From: Octopus bimaculoides
Taxonomy: Eukaryota
Assembly (NCBI RefSeq): GCF_001194135.2
Contig: NC_068985.1
Coordinates: forward strand, 16,831,861-16,895,860
Direction of reading: 5' to 3'
DNA length: 64,000 bases
Shown here: piece by piece, positions 13,961-26,848 of the stretch
Position numbering within the stretch: position 1 is the first letter of the stretch
How the letters are laid out: every line of letters begins with the position of its first letter
The notes under the pieces: generated by a model
The model's database searches: none
Seen by the model: the letters and a program-made list of their open reading frames with translations, nothing else
What the model was told of the DNA's origin: nothing
Position numbers and translations under genes: made by a program

Positions 13961-14737
13961 NNNNNNNNNNNNNNNNNNNNNNNNNNNNNNNNNNNNNNNN
14001 NNNNNNNNNNNNNNNNNNNNNNNNNNNNNNNNNNNNNNNNNNNNNNNNNNNNNNNNNNNNNNNNNNNNNNNNNNNNNNNNNNNNNNNNNNNNNNNNNNNN
14101 NNNNNNNNNNNNNNNNNNNNNNNNNNNNNNNNNNNNNNNNNNNNNNNNNNNNNNNNNNNNNNNNNNNNNNNNNNNNNNNNNNNNNNNNNNNNNNNNNNNN
14201 NNNNNNNNNNNNNNNNNNNNNNNNNNNNNNNNNNNNNNNNNNNNNNNNNNNNNNNNNNNNNNNNNNNNNNNNNNNNNNNNNNNNNNNNNNNNNNNNNNNN
14301 NNNNNNNNNNNNNNNNNNNNNNNNNNNNNNNNNNNNNNNNNNNNNNNNNNNNNNNNNNNNNNNNNNNNNNNNNNNNNNNNNNNNNNNNNNNNNNNNNNNN
14401 NNNNNNNNNNNNNNNNNNNNNNNNNNNNNNNNNNNNNNNNNNNNNNNNNNNNNNNNNNNNNNNNNNNNNNNNNNNNNNNNNNNNNNNNNNNNNNNNNNNN
14501 NNNNNNNNNNNNNNNNNNNNNNNNNNNNNNNNNNNNNNNNNNNNNNNNNNNNNNNNNNNNNNNNNNNNNNNNNNNNNNNNNNNNNNNNNNNNNNNNNNNN
14601 NNNNNNNNNNNNNNNNNNNNNNNNNNNNNNNNNNNNNNNNNNNNNNNNNNNNNNNNNNNNNNNNNNNNNNNNNNNNNNNNNNNNNNNNNNNNNNNNNNNN
14701 NNNNNNNNNNNNNNNNNNNNNNNNNNNNNNNNNNNNT

Positions 14738-15040
14738 ATATATAAGCATAAATATTCCCGTGTTCACACATGAATTAAGTTATTACTACTGTTAATATCA
14801 TCTGCATTGAATATTTTTAAGTGATAATATTAACAACAGTAATGGCTATTCAAAGAAAAAAAAAAGAATATTACCAGCAATAATATGCCTGGTGCTAACT
14901 TTAAATTTTATAGCTATATGCTATTAGACCTGTTGAACTGCTGTTAATATTATCACTTAAAAATATTCACTGCAAATGATATTAACAGTAGTGATATCTT
15001 TATTCATGTGTGAACACTTGAATATTTTGGCTTATATATA
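14738..15040. repeat. Fold-back element with ~100-bp imperfect inverted arms
   Basis: Arms 14738-14840 and 14937-15040 are reverse complements at roughly 85% identity by eye. Confidence 0.75.
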
Positions 15041-15393
15041 TTTTGCACCATGTGGATCAGCTTTGGCACAAAACAAGCCATAACACAAGTGGATTTATAG
15101 TGTAATGAGCTTAGAATTTTTACCAGTGACTCATACTGAAGAAGGTTGAGGCCCTTGGGCCAGAAACCAAAGCAATGGTATATGAGTATCTGAATGGCAT
15201 ATTCTTTAAAGGTGTTCTTTTTTTACTGTCTTAATTCTTTATCCGTTTTCTCACCTACTGTTGTTTTTCTGTTACTTGGTGCACTCAGGCAGTTGAATTA
15301 GGAATTTAGCTCCTATTTCTAAATGGATCAATGCAGTTTCCGCATCCTCATGACTTGTGCTATCTTTAAATTTTTTATATATATATATATATT

Positions 15394-15780
15394 GGAGTGG
15401 CTGTGTGGTAAGAAGCTTGCTTCCCAACCACATGATTCTGGATTCAGTCTCACTGCATGACACCTTGGGCAAGTGTCTTGTACTATAGCCTTGGGCTGAC
15501 TGTAGGCTTGTAAGTGGATTTGGTAGACAGAAACTGAAAGAAGCCCATCATATATATATATATATATATATTTATGAGTATGTGTCTGTGTTTGTTCTCT
15601 CACCATCATTTGACAACTGATGTTGGTGTGTTTACATCCCTGTAATCTAGCAGTTCAGCAAAAGAGACTGATAAAATAAGTACTAGGCTTACAAAGATTA
15701 AGTCCTGGGGTCGATTTGTTCTACTAAAGGCAGTGCTCCAGCATGGCTGTAGTCAAATGACTAAAACAAGTAAAAGAATA
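15394..15780 (+). mobile_element. SINE family A copy
   Basis: Full head-body-tail match to the other family A copies. Confidence 0.85.
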
Positions 15781-15783
15781 ATA

Positions 15784-15819
<36 letters not shown>

Positions 15820-15924
15820 TATTATACTTTTATATTGTTGAATAGTAGTTATAGCATATAACTGGTTAGAATGTTACCACTGGTTTCACACCTACTACTA
15901 TTGCTCTTGGCAATATTGATGGCT

Positions 15925-16521
15925 CTTCAGTTCAAGTATGGTTCAAGTTGTTCCAGTAGTTTCCAATTGATTTTGTGCAGTGTTCTTTCCTCTTCTACTC
16001 ACCATATATAGCTGGTTAATATTGTTCCCCCACAAACTCTTTTGGACTAGAGAATGGAAAACATATATGCAGGCACATATGACCCGCTTCAGCCTCTTTT
16101 ATGCTGAAGATGATCATACAGTATTAGTTCTCTTGGTGGTGATAAAAATGCAACAAAAAATATAACTTTTCCAGGAAGCAAAGAATGGTTGTCTCCCATA
16201 GTATAATTTCAGCTGTGACTGAAGCGGGTCATATGTGCCTGCATATATGTTTTCCATTCTCTAGTCCAAAAGAGTTTGTGGGGGAACAATATTAACCAGC
16301 TATATATGGTGAGTAGAAGAGGAAAGAACACTGCACAAAATCAATTGGAAACTACTGGAACAACTTGAACCATACTTGAACTGAAGTAGGTGGTGCAATC
16401 TTTGCTTGGCTGAGAGGAAAATTATTCTTAAAAACAATTCACGTAATCCCAGTTCATTTCTGAACTGAAAAAGTGAAATTTTTTGTTGCTGTCCTTATGA
16501 AAGAAAATTCCTTTTCATAAC
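15925..16521 (+). mobile_element. Decayed Penelope-like element (GIY-YIG C-terminal region) with a perfect 168-bp inverted duplication
   Basis: 16286-16521 reads TILTSYIW*VEEERTLHKINWKLLEQLEPYLN*SRWCNLCLAERKLFLK, then after a frameshift FLN*KSEIFCCCPYERKFLF. This matches the Penelope pattern LSxYIW..IxWKIL..PY..CxLCLxEK..LNxRSE..CxHxxKF. Segments 15925-16092 and 16219-16386 are exact reverse complements. Confidence 0.75.
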
Positions 16522-17076
16522 ATGGTCTTCTCCTTTTTTTGATGAGAGAAGAGAAAACATGTTTACTGGTTCAGAGCTGACTCTGACTTCAGCCATTTCG
16601 GTTATATAGCTGTCAATTTCAATAACTGATACCTTTGTTGGGTCTGTTTGTGTTAGCCCATCTCTGTTTTGTACCTTTTTTGTATTCAGTAACCTTTCAT
16701 AGAGCATTTTCATGCCCTTTACTTCTCAGTATCACAGTGCAGTACTATATGTACCTTTCCCCTTACAACTCTGATTCTAACATCACTGTACTTTGGTAAG
16801 CACCTGACTTTCTACTTCTTTATCTTTGCTAAGCATATGTGACACCAAGCTCTTCCAGCTGCCTGACATTGTTTCTTTCTTCCTTAATTTTTCCATTCTT
16901 TCCAGCTTTGTTGCTTAGCTTTCGTGACATTCTATTTATTTACTATTCCACATCCATCTCTCTTTCCACTTAGCTGAAACATTGCTCCATCTACATATCA
17001 GCTCTAGGGATCACAGCACGGGTTGTCTAGTATAAAGAGAGGAGGGTTTCTGGTGGTGTTAGTATAACTGGTTTCT

Positions 17077-17310
17077 TATTTCTTTATTGCTCACAAGGGG
17101 CTAAACATAGAGGGGACAAACAAGGGCAGACAAAGGGATTAAGTCAATTACATCAACCCAGTGCGCAACTGGTACTTCATTTAACGACCCCGAAAGGATG
17201 AAAGGCAAAGTCGACCTCAACGTAATTTGAACTCAGAACGTAACAGCAGACGAAATATTGCTAAGCATTTCACCCGGCGTGCTAACGCTTCTGCCAGCTC
17301 GCTGCCTTTA
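17077..17310 (-). mobile_element. SINE family D copy with 21-bp target-site duplication
   Basis: Head aaggcagcgagctggcagaagcgttag...ctgagttcaaat on minus. Flanking direct repeat gtgttagtataactggtttct at 17056-17076 and 17311-17331. Confidence 0.85.
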
Positions 17311-19814
17311 GTGTTAGTATAACTGGTTTCTGTGTCTGAAAGTAGAGAGTTTGTGTGATTATAATGAATGACTAGTTCTCAGGTATGGCCAACTATTCTT
17401 GCCTTGTCATCTACCTGGCATGCACAGCACCCACATGATAAATGTTAACCCTGCATTACACAGTTACAATTTTCATTGGCTTGACTGCCATTATTTTACC
17501 ATGTGTGTGTAGGGGATGAAACTGACTTCTGGAAGCACTGCAAAGGTATATATTGTATATANNNNNNNNNNNNNNNNNNNNNNNNNNNNNNNNNNNNNNN
17601 NNNNNNNNNNNNNNNNNNNNNNNNNNNNNNNNNNNNNNNNNNNNNNNNNNNNNNNNNNNNNNNNNNNNNNNNNNNNNNNNNNNNNNNNNNNNNNNNNNNN
17701 NNNNNNNNNNNNNNNNTATATATATATTGCTTTCCTCCCTGTGTTTTCCCCACTGCAACTCTTCCCTCCTCCCTGGACCATCAAATTATATACCTCTCCT
17801 CGTCCACCATACCTGTCTATTTCTCTACCCAGACACACCACCTCTTTTCTCCCCTGCTAACGGTGTCATTACTACCCTGCTGCTGGCATCCCTTAAGCTT
17901 CCCCCAACTCATGCACCCCTCTCGTCAACCCTTCCCAACATCTTTACAGATGTTGCCTACCTACCCTGCTCTCTCTCACCTCTCACTTCCCCTACCTCTT
18001 CCCCCTTTACACTCATGCAAACTGCCTCCCACTACTAATTCTTCTACCTGAAGTACCACCTGAACACTTTATCACCACTATCTACCTCTTTAGAGATACC
18101 ACTATTTCATTCTCACTCTCTCTCCTAAATATGAGAAGCCTTGTAACTCCGTTACAACAAGAACCTGCTCTATCCCAACCTCTTCCCTCATGCCTTAACC
18201 CTCAACTAACATAAGAAGGCAGCAACCTCCCACCATTACTTGCAAGCTACATGGTGACCTCAGTAGTGTTGGTGGTATGAAAAAAGCATCCAGTAGACAC
18301 TGTCGAGTGGTTGACATTAGGAAGGGTATCCAGCCATAGAAATAGTGCCAAAGCAGACACTGAAGTATGATGTGGTCCTTGGGCTCATTGGATCCTTGTC
18401 AAACTGTCCAACCCTTGCCAGTTTAGAACATGGACTTTAAATTATGATGATGATGAATACAAAACATCTTACGTAAATGTAATTACAAAGGATGTCATAG
18501 AACAGTTATTATTCTATTTGAAAAGGTAGAGAGGTAACGTCTGTATGGATTGAAGGTGTGATCCAGTTTCAAGCTGGTGTTAATGCATGTACACAGCATT
18601 CCTTGTTGTCGTTTAGCCTAAGTTCAACTCTAATCACACAGCCCTATGATGAAAGGAATTCCAGCCATAACCATTCTTTCTTTTATTGAGGCAATGTATT
18701 TACTGATTGTAAAGTCTGAGCTGAGAGAAATTTGACTGCTATTTCTAGTCATTCAGGCAACCATGTTGAAGTTCCCTTGTTGGCTCATACACAACTGCTT
18801 TTGTACTTAGGAGAGACAACATTGCCAACTTCTCTCCTCTGCAATCAGTACTAATGCCCAGTTCAGCAGAAAAGTAAATAAATAAAATGTAGGTGACTAC
18901 AAATACACTGCAACAGCAACAATGTGTCTGTCACTTCAGTGTTTACCAATGCTTGTGGGGGGGGGGGGAATTAACCATCGAAGCTTAATGCTGTTGATAG
19001 CCTTCGGTCAGTCCCTCACTGAGTCACCCTATGATTAAAGGCACTAGCTGTTACCGTCCCATCTTTCTAGATATCTAGCAATAATTTAGTTCAATGTCCT
19101 TCCTGTTTTAAGGCAGTAGATTTTAGTTTGAGGAGTTTTGACTGTTATTTTAAGTAGGCTGAGTGACTACAAACAGGCTTCCTCTCATTGGCTTAATTTA
19201 TGAGTAATTAGACTAATAGGTGTCTGAATCAGACAATTAATGTAACAGTCTACACTAAGTATAAGTAAATAACGGAGAAAAAAAAAGTTTTTATTAGAAC
19301 AGAATATTGTTTATCACTAAAAAATCTATTTATATTACTGGCAAAAAAAAAAAAAAAAAAAAAAAAGAATCTATTCATAACTTGGTCTTAATTTAGCAAT
19401 TAAAATAAATCTCATTCTGGTGGTAATATTATTAAATATTATTGCTTTTCCAAAAGTTACATTTATGTTGCCATTTATGTGAGGAAAGATTATTTAAATA
19501 CAAATTACGAAAAATATAACTGAAATTGATGATAAAGGAAATGTATATTCCAGGTATAGTTTTTCTAGGACTATATTATCCAGTGTACCCTTGCCATTTT
19601 TTAAAGGTGTTCAGGTAAGATATAATGGAGATTATGCAGGTGTGATATAAGGGAAATTATGCTGCTATTTCTAGCAGGTCAAGAAACTTATTCATTGGCT
19701 TTAATTTTAACCCTTTTGATACCAACCTGCCTGAGATTGTTTCTATAATACAAAGCCTCATATTTAAAGTTATATAAATTAAAACTTTTCATGAAAATTC
19801 AATATTAATTTATG

Positions 19815-20107
19815 GCACCAGTGCCAGTGGAGCACTAACAGCAGTATCACTGCCAGATCAGCGGTCTCGCAACCGTGCCGGTGACATGTAAAAAGCACCA
19901 TTTGAGCACGATCGTTTCCAGCTTCGCCTTACTGGCACTTGTGCCAGTGGCATGTGAACAAAACATTGGCTGACTCCTGTGAAGGTGACACATAAAAAAC
20001 ACCATTTGAGCGTGGGCGTTGCCAGTACCGCTGGACTGGCCCTCGTGCCGGTGGCACGTAAAAAGCACCCACTACACTCTTGGAGTGGTTGGCGTTAGGA
20101 AGGGCAA
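19815..20107 (+). mobile_element. SINE-like family B partial copy
   Basis: Shared family B motifs (gccagtaccg...cgtaaaaagcacccactacac...gttggcgttaggaagggc). Confidence 0.75.
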
Positions 20108-20802
20108 TAACTACATATAAATCAAAATTTTTCATGGACCCTTAAAATACTGCTGTGGATTCCCAATTTACTATTTTGCTAGTGTTGACTCCCCAAGGAT
20201 CTTATATGGACTCCTGAGGGTCATATGGACTCCAGTTGGGAACTGCTGTATTAGACAAAGTGGTCCCTGATAATAGCTGAAAAATAACATCTTCGATCAT
20301 AGATCTGCACAGAGCTGACTTGTTGGGGGTGAAACAATAACCCTGTACTAAGTAAATACCATATGGTACTATAGTTTACCATAGTAGGCAGCAATGTAAC
20401 CAAGAGGCTTGTACTGTTAAGTTTCAGTCCTCATATGATTATGGCACAGTTCATGAAGAAACTGAGATTAGGATGAATGCTGTAGAAGTCAGTGACACAA
20501 AGTCTGTGTCTTTGACCTTGTATGTCTCAATGTATTTAATGTATAAACACGATCATGTTGATGATAGGGAAAAATGATGACCTGCAAGTGAAGATTAAGG
20601 CTAATGAATTTTATCACTGGATCAGTAGAAGAAGGATGACATGAGTGACTCTTTTCAGAGTACTTGAGCCTTGTGAAAAGAAGTTATCTTTAGATTAAAG
20701 CCTTAACCTCAATATAATGTATCTGAGTGGGCCCAGGTACATTAGACAAATTGCTAAGTAGAAACACTTGTGTAAGGGAGTTAAAATGTATAGAATAGTT
20801 AT

Positions 20803-20976
20803 AGGCACAAGCATTGCTGTGTGGTAAGAAGCTTGCTTGCCAACCACATGATTCTGGGTTCAGTCCCACTGCATGACACCTTGGACAAGTGTCTTCTACT
20901 ATAGTCTTGGGCCAACCAAAGCCTTGTGCATGGATTTGGTAGATGGAAACTGAAAAAAAGCCCATTGAATGTGCAT

Positions 20977-21009
<33 letters not shown>

Positions 21010-21225
21010 GCTCTGTTTGTTCCCCATCACCACCCAACAACCAGTGTTGGTGTGTTTACCTCCCCATAACTTAGTGATTTGGCAAAAGAGAATGATAGAA
21101 TAAGTACCAGGCTTTACAAAAAATACAAAGTACTGTGGTCAGTTCATCTGATTAAAATTCTTCAGGGTGGTGCCCCAGTATGGCCACAGTCTAATGACTG
21201 AAACAAGTAAAAGACAAAAGATAAT
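20803..21225 (+). mobile_element. SINE family A copy
   Basis: Head, (TG)n and tail match the family. Confidence 0.8.
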
Positions 21226-23179
21226 ACAGATTACTATTTTATCCCAGGTTATGCCTTATTGAACAGACCAACAGTAAAAGATATTCCAGCCAAGAACATT
21301 CTGTCTCTTTTAATGATATGTGAAACTATATCATATTATGTATTTTTCTTATTTAAAATAAAAAAGGGTATGATTTGAAGGAGATTTGGCCTCTATTTCT
21401 AGCAGATTAACTGACCATATAGAGAATCATTAGTGCATTGGACAAAATGTTTAGTGGCATTTCTTCCATTTCTTTATGTTCAAGTTCAAATCTTGTTAAT
21501 ATCAACTTGCCTTTCAAACTTTCGAGGGTTGATAAAATAAAGTACTGGTCCAGTACATTGGTTGATGTAATCAACCCCTTCCCTTAAAATTGCTGGCCTT
21601 GTGCCTGTAGTAGAAAATTATTATTTTGATAGGGTGAGGTCTGAAAGAATTTGGTTACTATTTCTAGCAAAGTAAGGTCTTTGAACTTATGTGAATATTT
21701 GTAGAGCAGTAACCTAGTTCTTACTATCAAATCTAAAAGGAATTTATTTAAGCTGGACATAATTATACAGTACCTTCCAAGTTAATTTAGATATGACACT
21801 TTACAATGTGAAATGCAGCTAGACAATTTAATACATATACAATAGCACACTTTGTGACCCAGTTTAACGAGTTAATAATGAAACGATACCTTACAGTGTA
21901 GTACAACTAAACATAATGTGGTTATTGTTGAAGCTTAGTCCAGGTGATACAAGTAAATAAACAAAGCCATCTGTTCATATGACTTTATGTATCACCTTTC
22001 AATATGACCTCATGCCCCTTGCTTTTTTTTTGTCTATGTAACCTCATATAAAGACATGCTTCATTGACCTTGTCTCGCTGATCATTTGCCTTTATACTGT
22101 AGTAGCAAATTTGTGTTAACAAATGCTACTATTCCAGTGCATTTCTCTGTTTGTATTTTGACAATTACTGCTCAGTACAATACAATTATATTAACGAATT
22201 CACTGCATACATTAACAATTTTAATTCTAGTAATTGGTGTTGGGATACAATTTCAAATCTTTGCATATGGATATTTCAGCAGAGGCTGCTATGGACTATT
22301 TTAAACATTTCAAATTTTTTTTGACTCAGAATCAGGCACAACAGAAGTAGCAAAGCAAGCTACATTTATTTGGCAGTAAAGAAATTTATTCCTTTGCCAA
22401 GCTCAAGGCATTTCCAGTTACTAACGAATCTATCATCATTATCATTAAACATCTGTTTTTCTATGCTGGCATGGGTTGAATGATTCAATGGGAGCTGGCA
22501 AACCACAGGATGGCACTAAACTCCAGTGACTGTTTCAGAGTGATTTCTACAGTTGGATGCCCTTCCTAACACCAAATGCAGAAATTAAACTTTGCCTTAT
22601 CTGGAACTATTGTAGAGTTCAAACTGAGACAGTTGAAGATGGAAAATGCTGTTCTCATGCTATTGATAATGACTAATTTGAGAGTTCAACTAATTATGAA
22701 AACAAATGATCCAAAGAAATTGCTTTTTGTGATTGTCTATAAGTCAATAACACTGACTTACAACAGAGACTTTTCGTGTTAGAGGAAAAGGTCATTCTAG
22801 ATACCTACAAAGTAGCTATTTCTCCATATTTCTCATAATCAACCTGTGTTTGATCAACATAAGCTAGTTAAATCAGTTCCTTCCAAGAAGACTTCCTAGA
22901 AGCCACAAAAGTGATTTGGATCATGTCAATCCTGTAGGCAGTAACATAATAAAGCTGTTTGTCACAAAAGGCCAAAAGAAGGTTCACATTGCTAAGTTTG
23001 TTGCTCAACAGTCCTAAATGAACCAACAGTCATAATTTGTTATTAACTTTAAACAACACTTAAATTCATCATACATATATCAATCTCTCAAGTCAACTGC
23101 TTGTAAATTCACAAACATTAACTACAGATATCAAGTATTGCTGAATCAAGGAGGCATCCAGCTGAACTGCAAAAATTCA

Positions 23180-23317
23180 TCGGACAGTTGTGATCAAGGT
23201 TGGAATAAAATTTTTAGGATACATGCAATGTATGATGTAATATATGATTTGATATATCAAGTCATATATTACATGCACCATAACAATTTTATTCCAGCCT
23301 TGATCACAACTGCCCGA
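23180..23317. repeat. Short fold-back with 56-bp arms
   Basis: 23180-23235 versus reverse complement of 23262-23317: 8 mismatches in 56 bp. Confidence 0.8.
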
Positions 23318-23989
23318 CAAATGAGAACATGAAACTCTTAACAATTTTTTGTGATGTTTTTGCAGCTAAGGCAAAGTCGACCTCAGCGGAATTCGAACTC
23401 AGAACGTAACGGCAGGCGAAATACCGCAAAGCATTTCGCCCGGTGTGCTAACGTTTCTACCAGCTTCTTTCAGTTTCTACCTACTGAAACCACTCACACA
23501 AGGCTTTGGTCAGCCTGGAGCTATAGAAGATACTTGTCCATGGTGCCACCTGATGGGATTGAACCTGAAACCATGTGATTGGGAAACAAACCATACAACG
23601 GAGCAAATCTTTTGCAAAAACGTGAATGTTATCTTATGGCTTACATGATCCTATCAAACATGTACTCAATCATTTAGTACTGGATAAAAAGAAATCGTAA
23701 CACCTGTTCTGTCTTCAAAATGGGCACCACCTATTGAGTGGCCCTTAAAAAAAAAGTCTGTGGAAAAGTCTTTACAACATTGAATAGTTCCAATACACTA
23801 TGTAATACGGAGTGGCAGAAATATTAGCAAGTGTCACAAAGAATAGAAAATAAATTGATGTAGTTAGGGTGTTGTACTCACGATTATGAGATGGTAGTTT
23901 CAATTCCTGGACCAGGTGTTGCATGACATGATGTTGTACAATAGTTCTTTATATGGCTATTTCACTCTGTTTCTCTGTCAGTAATTAGG

Positions 23990-24240
23990 TTATTCACTCA
24001 AATACAGAAGTGTTTCTCATGGCACCAGCAGGCAAAATGGAAAGGGCATTGTCCTGGATGATAGCAAGGGGGATGCACTGAAACAGCCACTCTGACTTGT
24101 GGAGCTTGCACTTGCAGACAGCAGTCTTTGCCCCAATAATGGTGAGTAAGGATATGGTCTGGGGACCAAGAACGCTGGAGGTTTCAACTGCCACAGGCTC
24201 AATTGTAAATGTGTCGGAGAATGATATTCTTGAGCAATAT
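23990..24240 (-). mobile_element. Decayed 3' fragment of a CRE-like non-LTR retrotransposon (restriction-like endonuclease region)
   Basis: Two frames join to TIEPVAVETSSVLGPQTISLLTIIG/QRLLSAS.../SEWLFQCIPLAIIQDNALSILPAG. This resembles the CRE-clade C-terminal signature FxPxAVETxG..FL..LG.RL..E.xFLxQRLSLAIQRGNAxSI. Confidence 0.6.
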
Positions 24241-24594
24241 ATTTCTTTTTCAGGTTGCTCCTGTATGCTCAACTCTAAGTTCCAGCAATAGCTGGGAAGT
24301 TAACCTTGTGAAGGACTGGCATCCCATCCAGTTGGGAGTGTTACAATCTCAGTCACTTATATGTTATAGAAACTAGGTCAAGCTCTGGCCTTATGAGCCT
24401 TAGGGCTCATAACCAATCTATGTAAGTTTGTTTACATGAATCACCCAACTGATGGAGCCTGATTGACTTGCTAAAACTGGTCGTCTAATCTTATCAACTA
24501 AGGCCATACCATCTTAAAATAGAAAAGTCATGACTGAAAATCATTGTTTTTGGACCGGTTTGCAAGAAAGATTATGTGAATTCGTCTGTTGAAA

Positions 24595-24901
24595 CAAATT
24601 TTGTGGTGTCCAGGGAAAGTCATTATGCCAATATAATTAACACATACACTGGTTCAATCCCACTCCTTTATCCTTAGTCAATTGGTTAAATATCCAACTA
24701 AATGATTGTTTAACTTAGTTAAACAGTCAGTTGTTTGTTTTGTTTGCTTTTTGTCAAAGCTCTTTTGTTACTATTTGTAACTTTCCTTTTAGTTTGTTAT
24801 GGATATTTAACCAGCTGACAAATAATAGAGGAGTGGAATTGAACCAGTGTATGTGTGTTAATACTGGAGTAATGACTCTCTGCCTAGACACAACAAAATT
24901 T
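24595..24901. repeat. Diverged fold-back element with ~100-bp arms
   Basis: caaattttgtggtgtcc...ggttaaatatcc versus ggatatttaacc...gacacaacaaaattt; about 75-80% identity by eye. Confidence 0.65.
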
Positions 24902-25520
24902 ACAAATGAATGCCCCCTTCTATCGTAGCTAGAATACGTTTAATCATTAGTCTACTCAATCAGGACTGACTTAGAAGCTAAAGAAGAGCAATATGAACAA
25001 TACACCTTTAAGTGAAAACTTCAGTTCTAATTTAAATTTGTTTAAATACTTACAACCTTTAAATTACAATGTGGTTGGTGGTTGTCTCCATTTTTTAGTC
25101 TCATGCTTTTGTTGTCTCATTGGCACCAATAATATTTTAAAAATGAGTAAAAAACTTAGTGTTCAATTATGCATAAAATCTTCACCCTTTTGTTACCATA
25201 TTTCAGTTGAAATACACTGCTTTTGTTTCAATTAATTTTGAAAATAATGAAGAACTTAGTAAAATAATTGCCATTATTAAGCTGATGTTTGGAAAGAAGG
25301 GGACTGGGCCATAGAAACCAAACCAAAGTAGACACTGGAGATTGGTGCAGTCATCTGGTTCACTGACCTCTGTCAAACCATCCAAAATGGACATTAATGA
25401 TTAATGCAGGAAGTTTATATCAATGAACCAGGGCTGGTTGGTGTCAAAAGGGTTAAAAAATGAAAAGGAAATATAGATATGTCAAACTCATTGACATTTT
25501 TCACAATATTATTAAACAGT

Positions 25521-25690
25521 AGGAGTGGCTGTGTGGTAAGTAGCTTGCTTACCAACCACATGGCTCTGAGTTCAGTCCCACTGCATGGCACCTTGGCCAA
25601 GTGTCTTCTGCTATAGCCTCGGGCCAACCAAAGCCTTGTGAGTGGATTTAGTAGACGGAAACTGAAAGAAGCCAGTCGTATATATGTATG

Positions 25691-25721
<31 letters not shown>

Positions 25722-25915
25722 ATGTTTGTATGTCTGTGTTTGTCCCCCCAAGGATCGCTTGACAACCGATGCTGGTGTGTTTACGTCCCCGTAACTTAGT
25801 GGTTCGGCAAAAGGGACCGATAGAATAAGTACTAGGCTTACAAAGATTAAGTCCTGGGGTCGATTTGCCCGACTTAAGATGGTGCTCCAGCATGGCCAGT
25901 CAAATCATGTTTAAG
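25521..25915 (+). mobile_element. SINE family A copy
   Basis: Near-consensus full-length copy. Confidence 0.88.
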
Positions 25916-26565
25916 ACAGAGTAAGTGAATAGGAAAGAGCCCAATATTATGAACTGTATACTCCAAAGCACACTAATGATTGTCAGAGGTGTTCCAGCAG
26001 AATCTATCACATCTTCAAACGACTGCTTGGATACGTCATCCATGGTGTACCATATTTCTAAGATTTCAGAGTGTAATTTGAGGGAGATTTGGCTATTTCC
26101 AATATGCTAGCAAAAAAAATCTTGACCTCTCCTACTAGCATTAGAGTGAGTCGCATAAACAGCTTATTGGCAAGATTTTGTCTTAGCATGCAGCTGGCAG
26201 TGGGTACATGCTACTGACAAAGCCCAACAAGGTTGATATTCACATCAAGCATTCTTACCATCAGTGCAGGAAATGTTTAAAACAAGTGTTTGAGGAACCT
26301 GTTTGTAATTTTAGCTAAGTAGATGCCAACTGAATTAGAATCTTAATCTAATGCTGATTAACTCTTGAAGTGGACAACCAGGTAAATATTTTCCAGCTTT
26401 GTATATACAGCTTCTAGTTTTTGTGATATTAGGTCACAAGTAGCATTTAATCTATTTGGTATACTGCATCATTAGACACTGATATATTTGTGTCTTTAAA
26501 CACAGTATGTCCACAACAGATGTTAACTTTGGACAAATATTGCAGTTAATCTGCCTATTTGTGAT

Positions 26566-26848
26566 CATCATCATCATCATCATCATTGTCGTCGTCGTTT
26601 AACGCCCGCTTTCCATGCTAGCATGGGTTGGACGATTTGACTGAGGACTGGTGAAACCAGATGGCTACATCAGGCTCCAGTCTTATCTGGCAGAGTTTCT
26701 ACAGCTGGATGCCCTTCCTAACGCCAACCACTCCGAGAGTGTAGTGGGTGCTTTTACGTGTCACCATCACGAAGGCCAGTCAGGCAGTACTGGCAACGGC
26801 CACGCTCAAAATGGTGTATTTTAAGTGCCACCTGCACAGGAGCCAGTA
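26566..26848 (-). mobile_element. SINE-like family B copy
   Basis: (CAT)n on plus followed by the family B body. Confidence 0.8.

Noticed and set aside
16170-16263. Minus-strand exon-like frame RMENIYAGTYDPLQSQLKLYYGRQPFFASWK
   Set aside because: It lies antisense within the Penelope-like fragment, has no convincing donor and no recognisable family.
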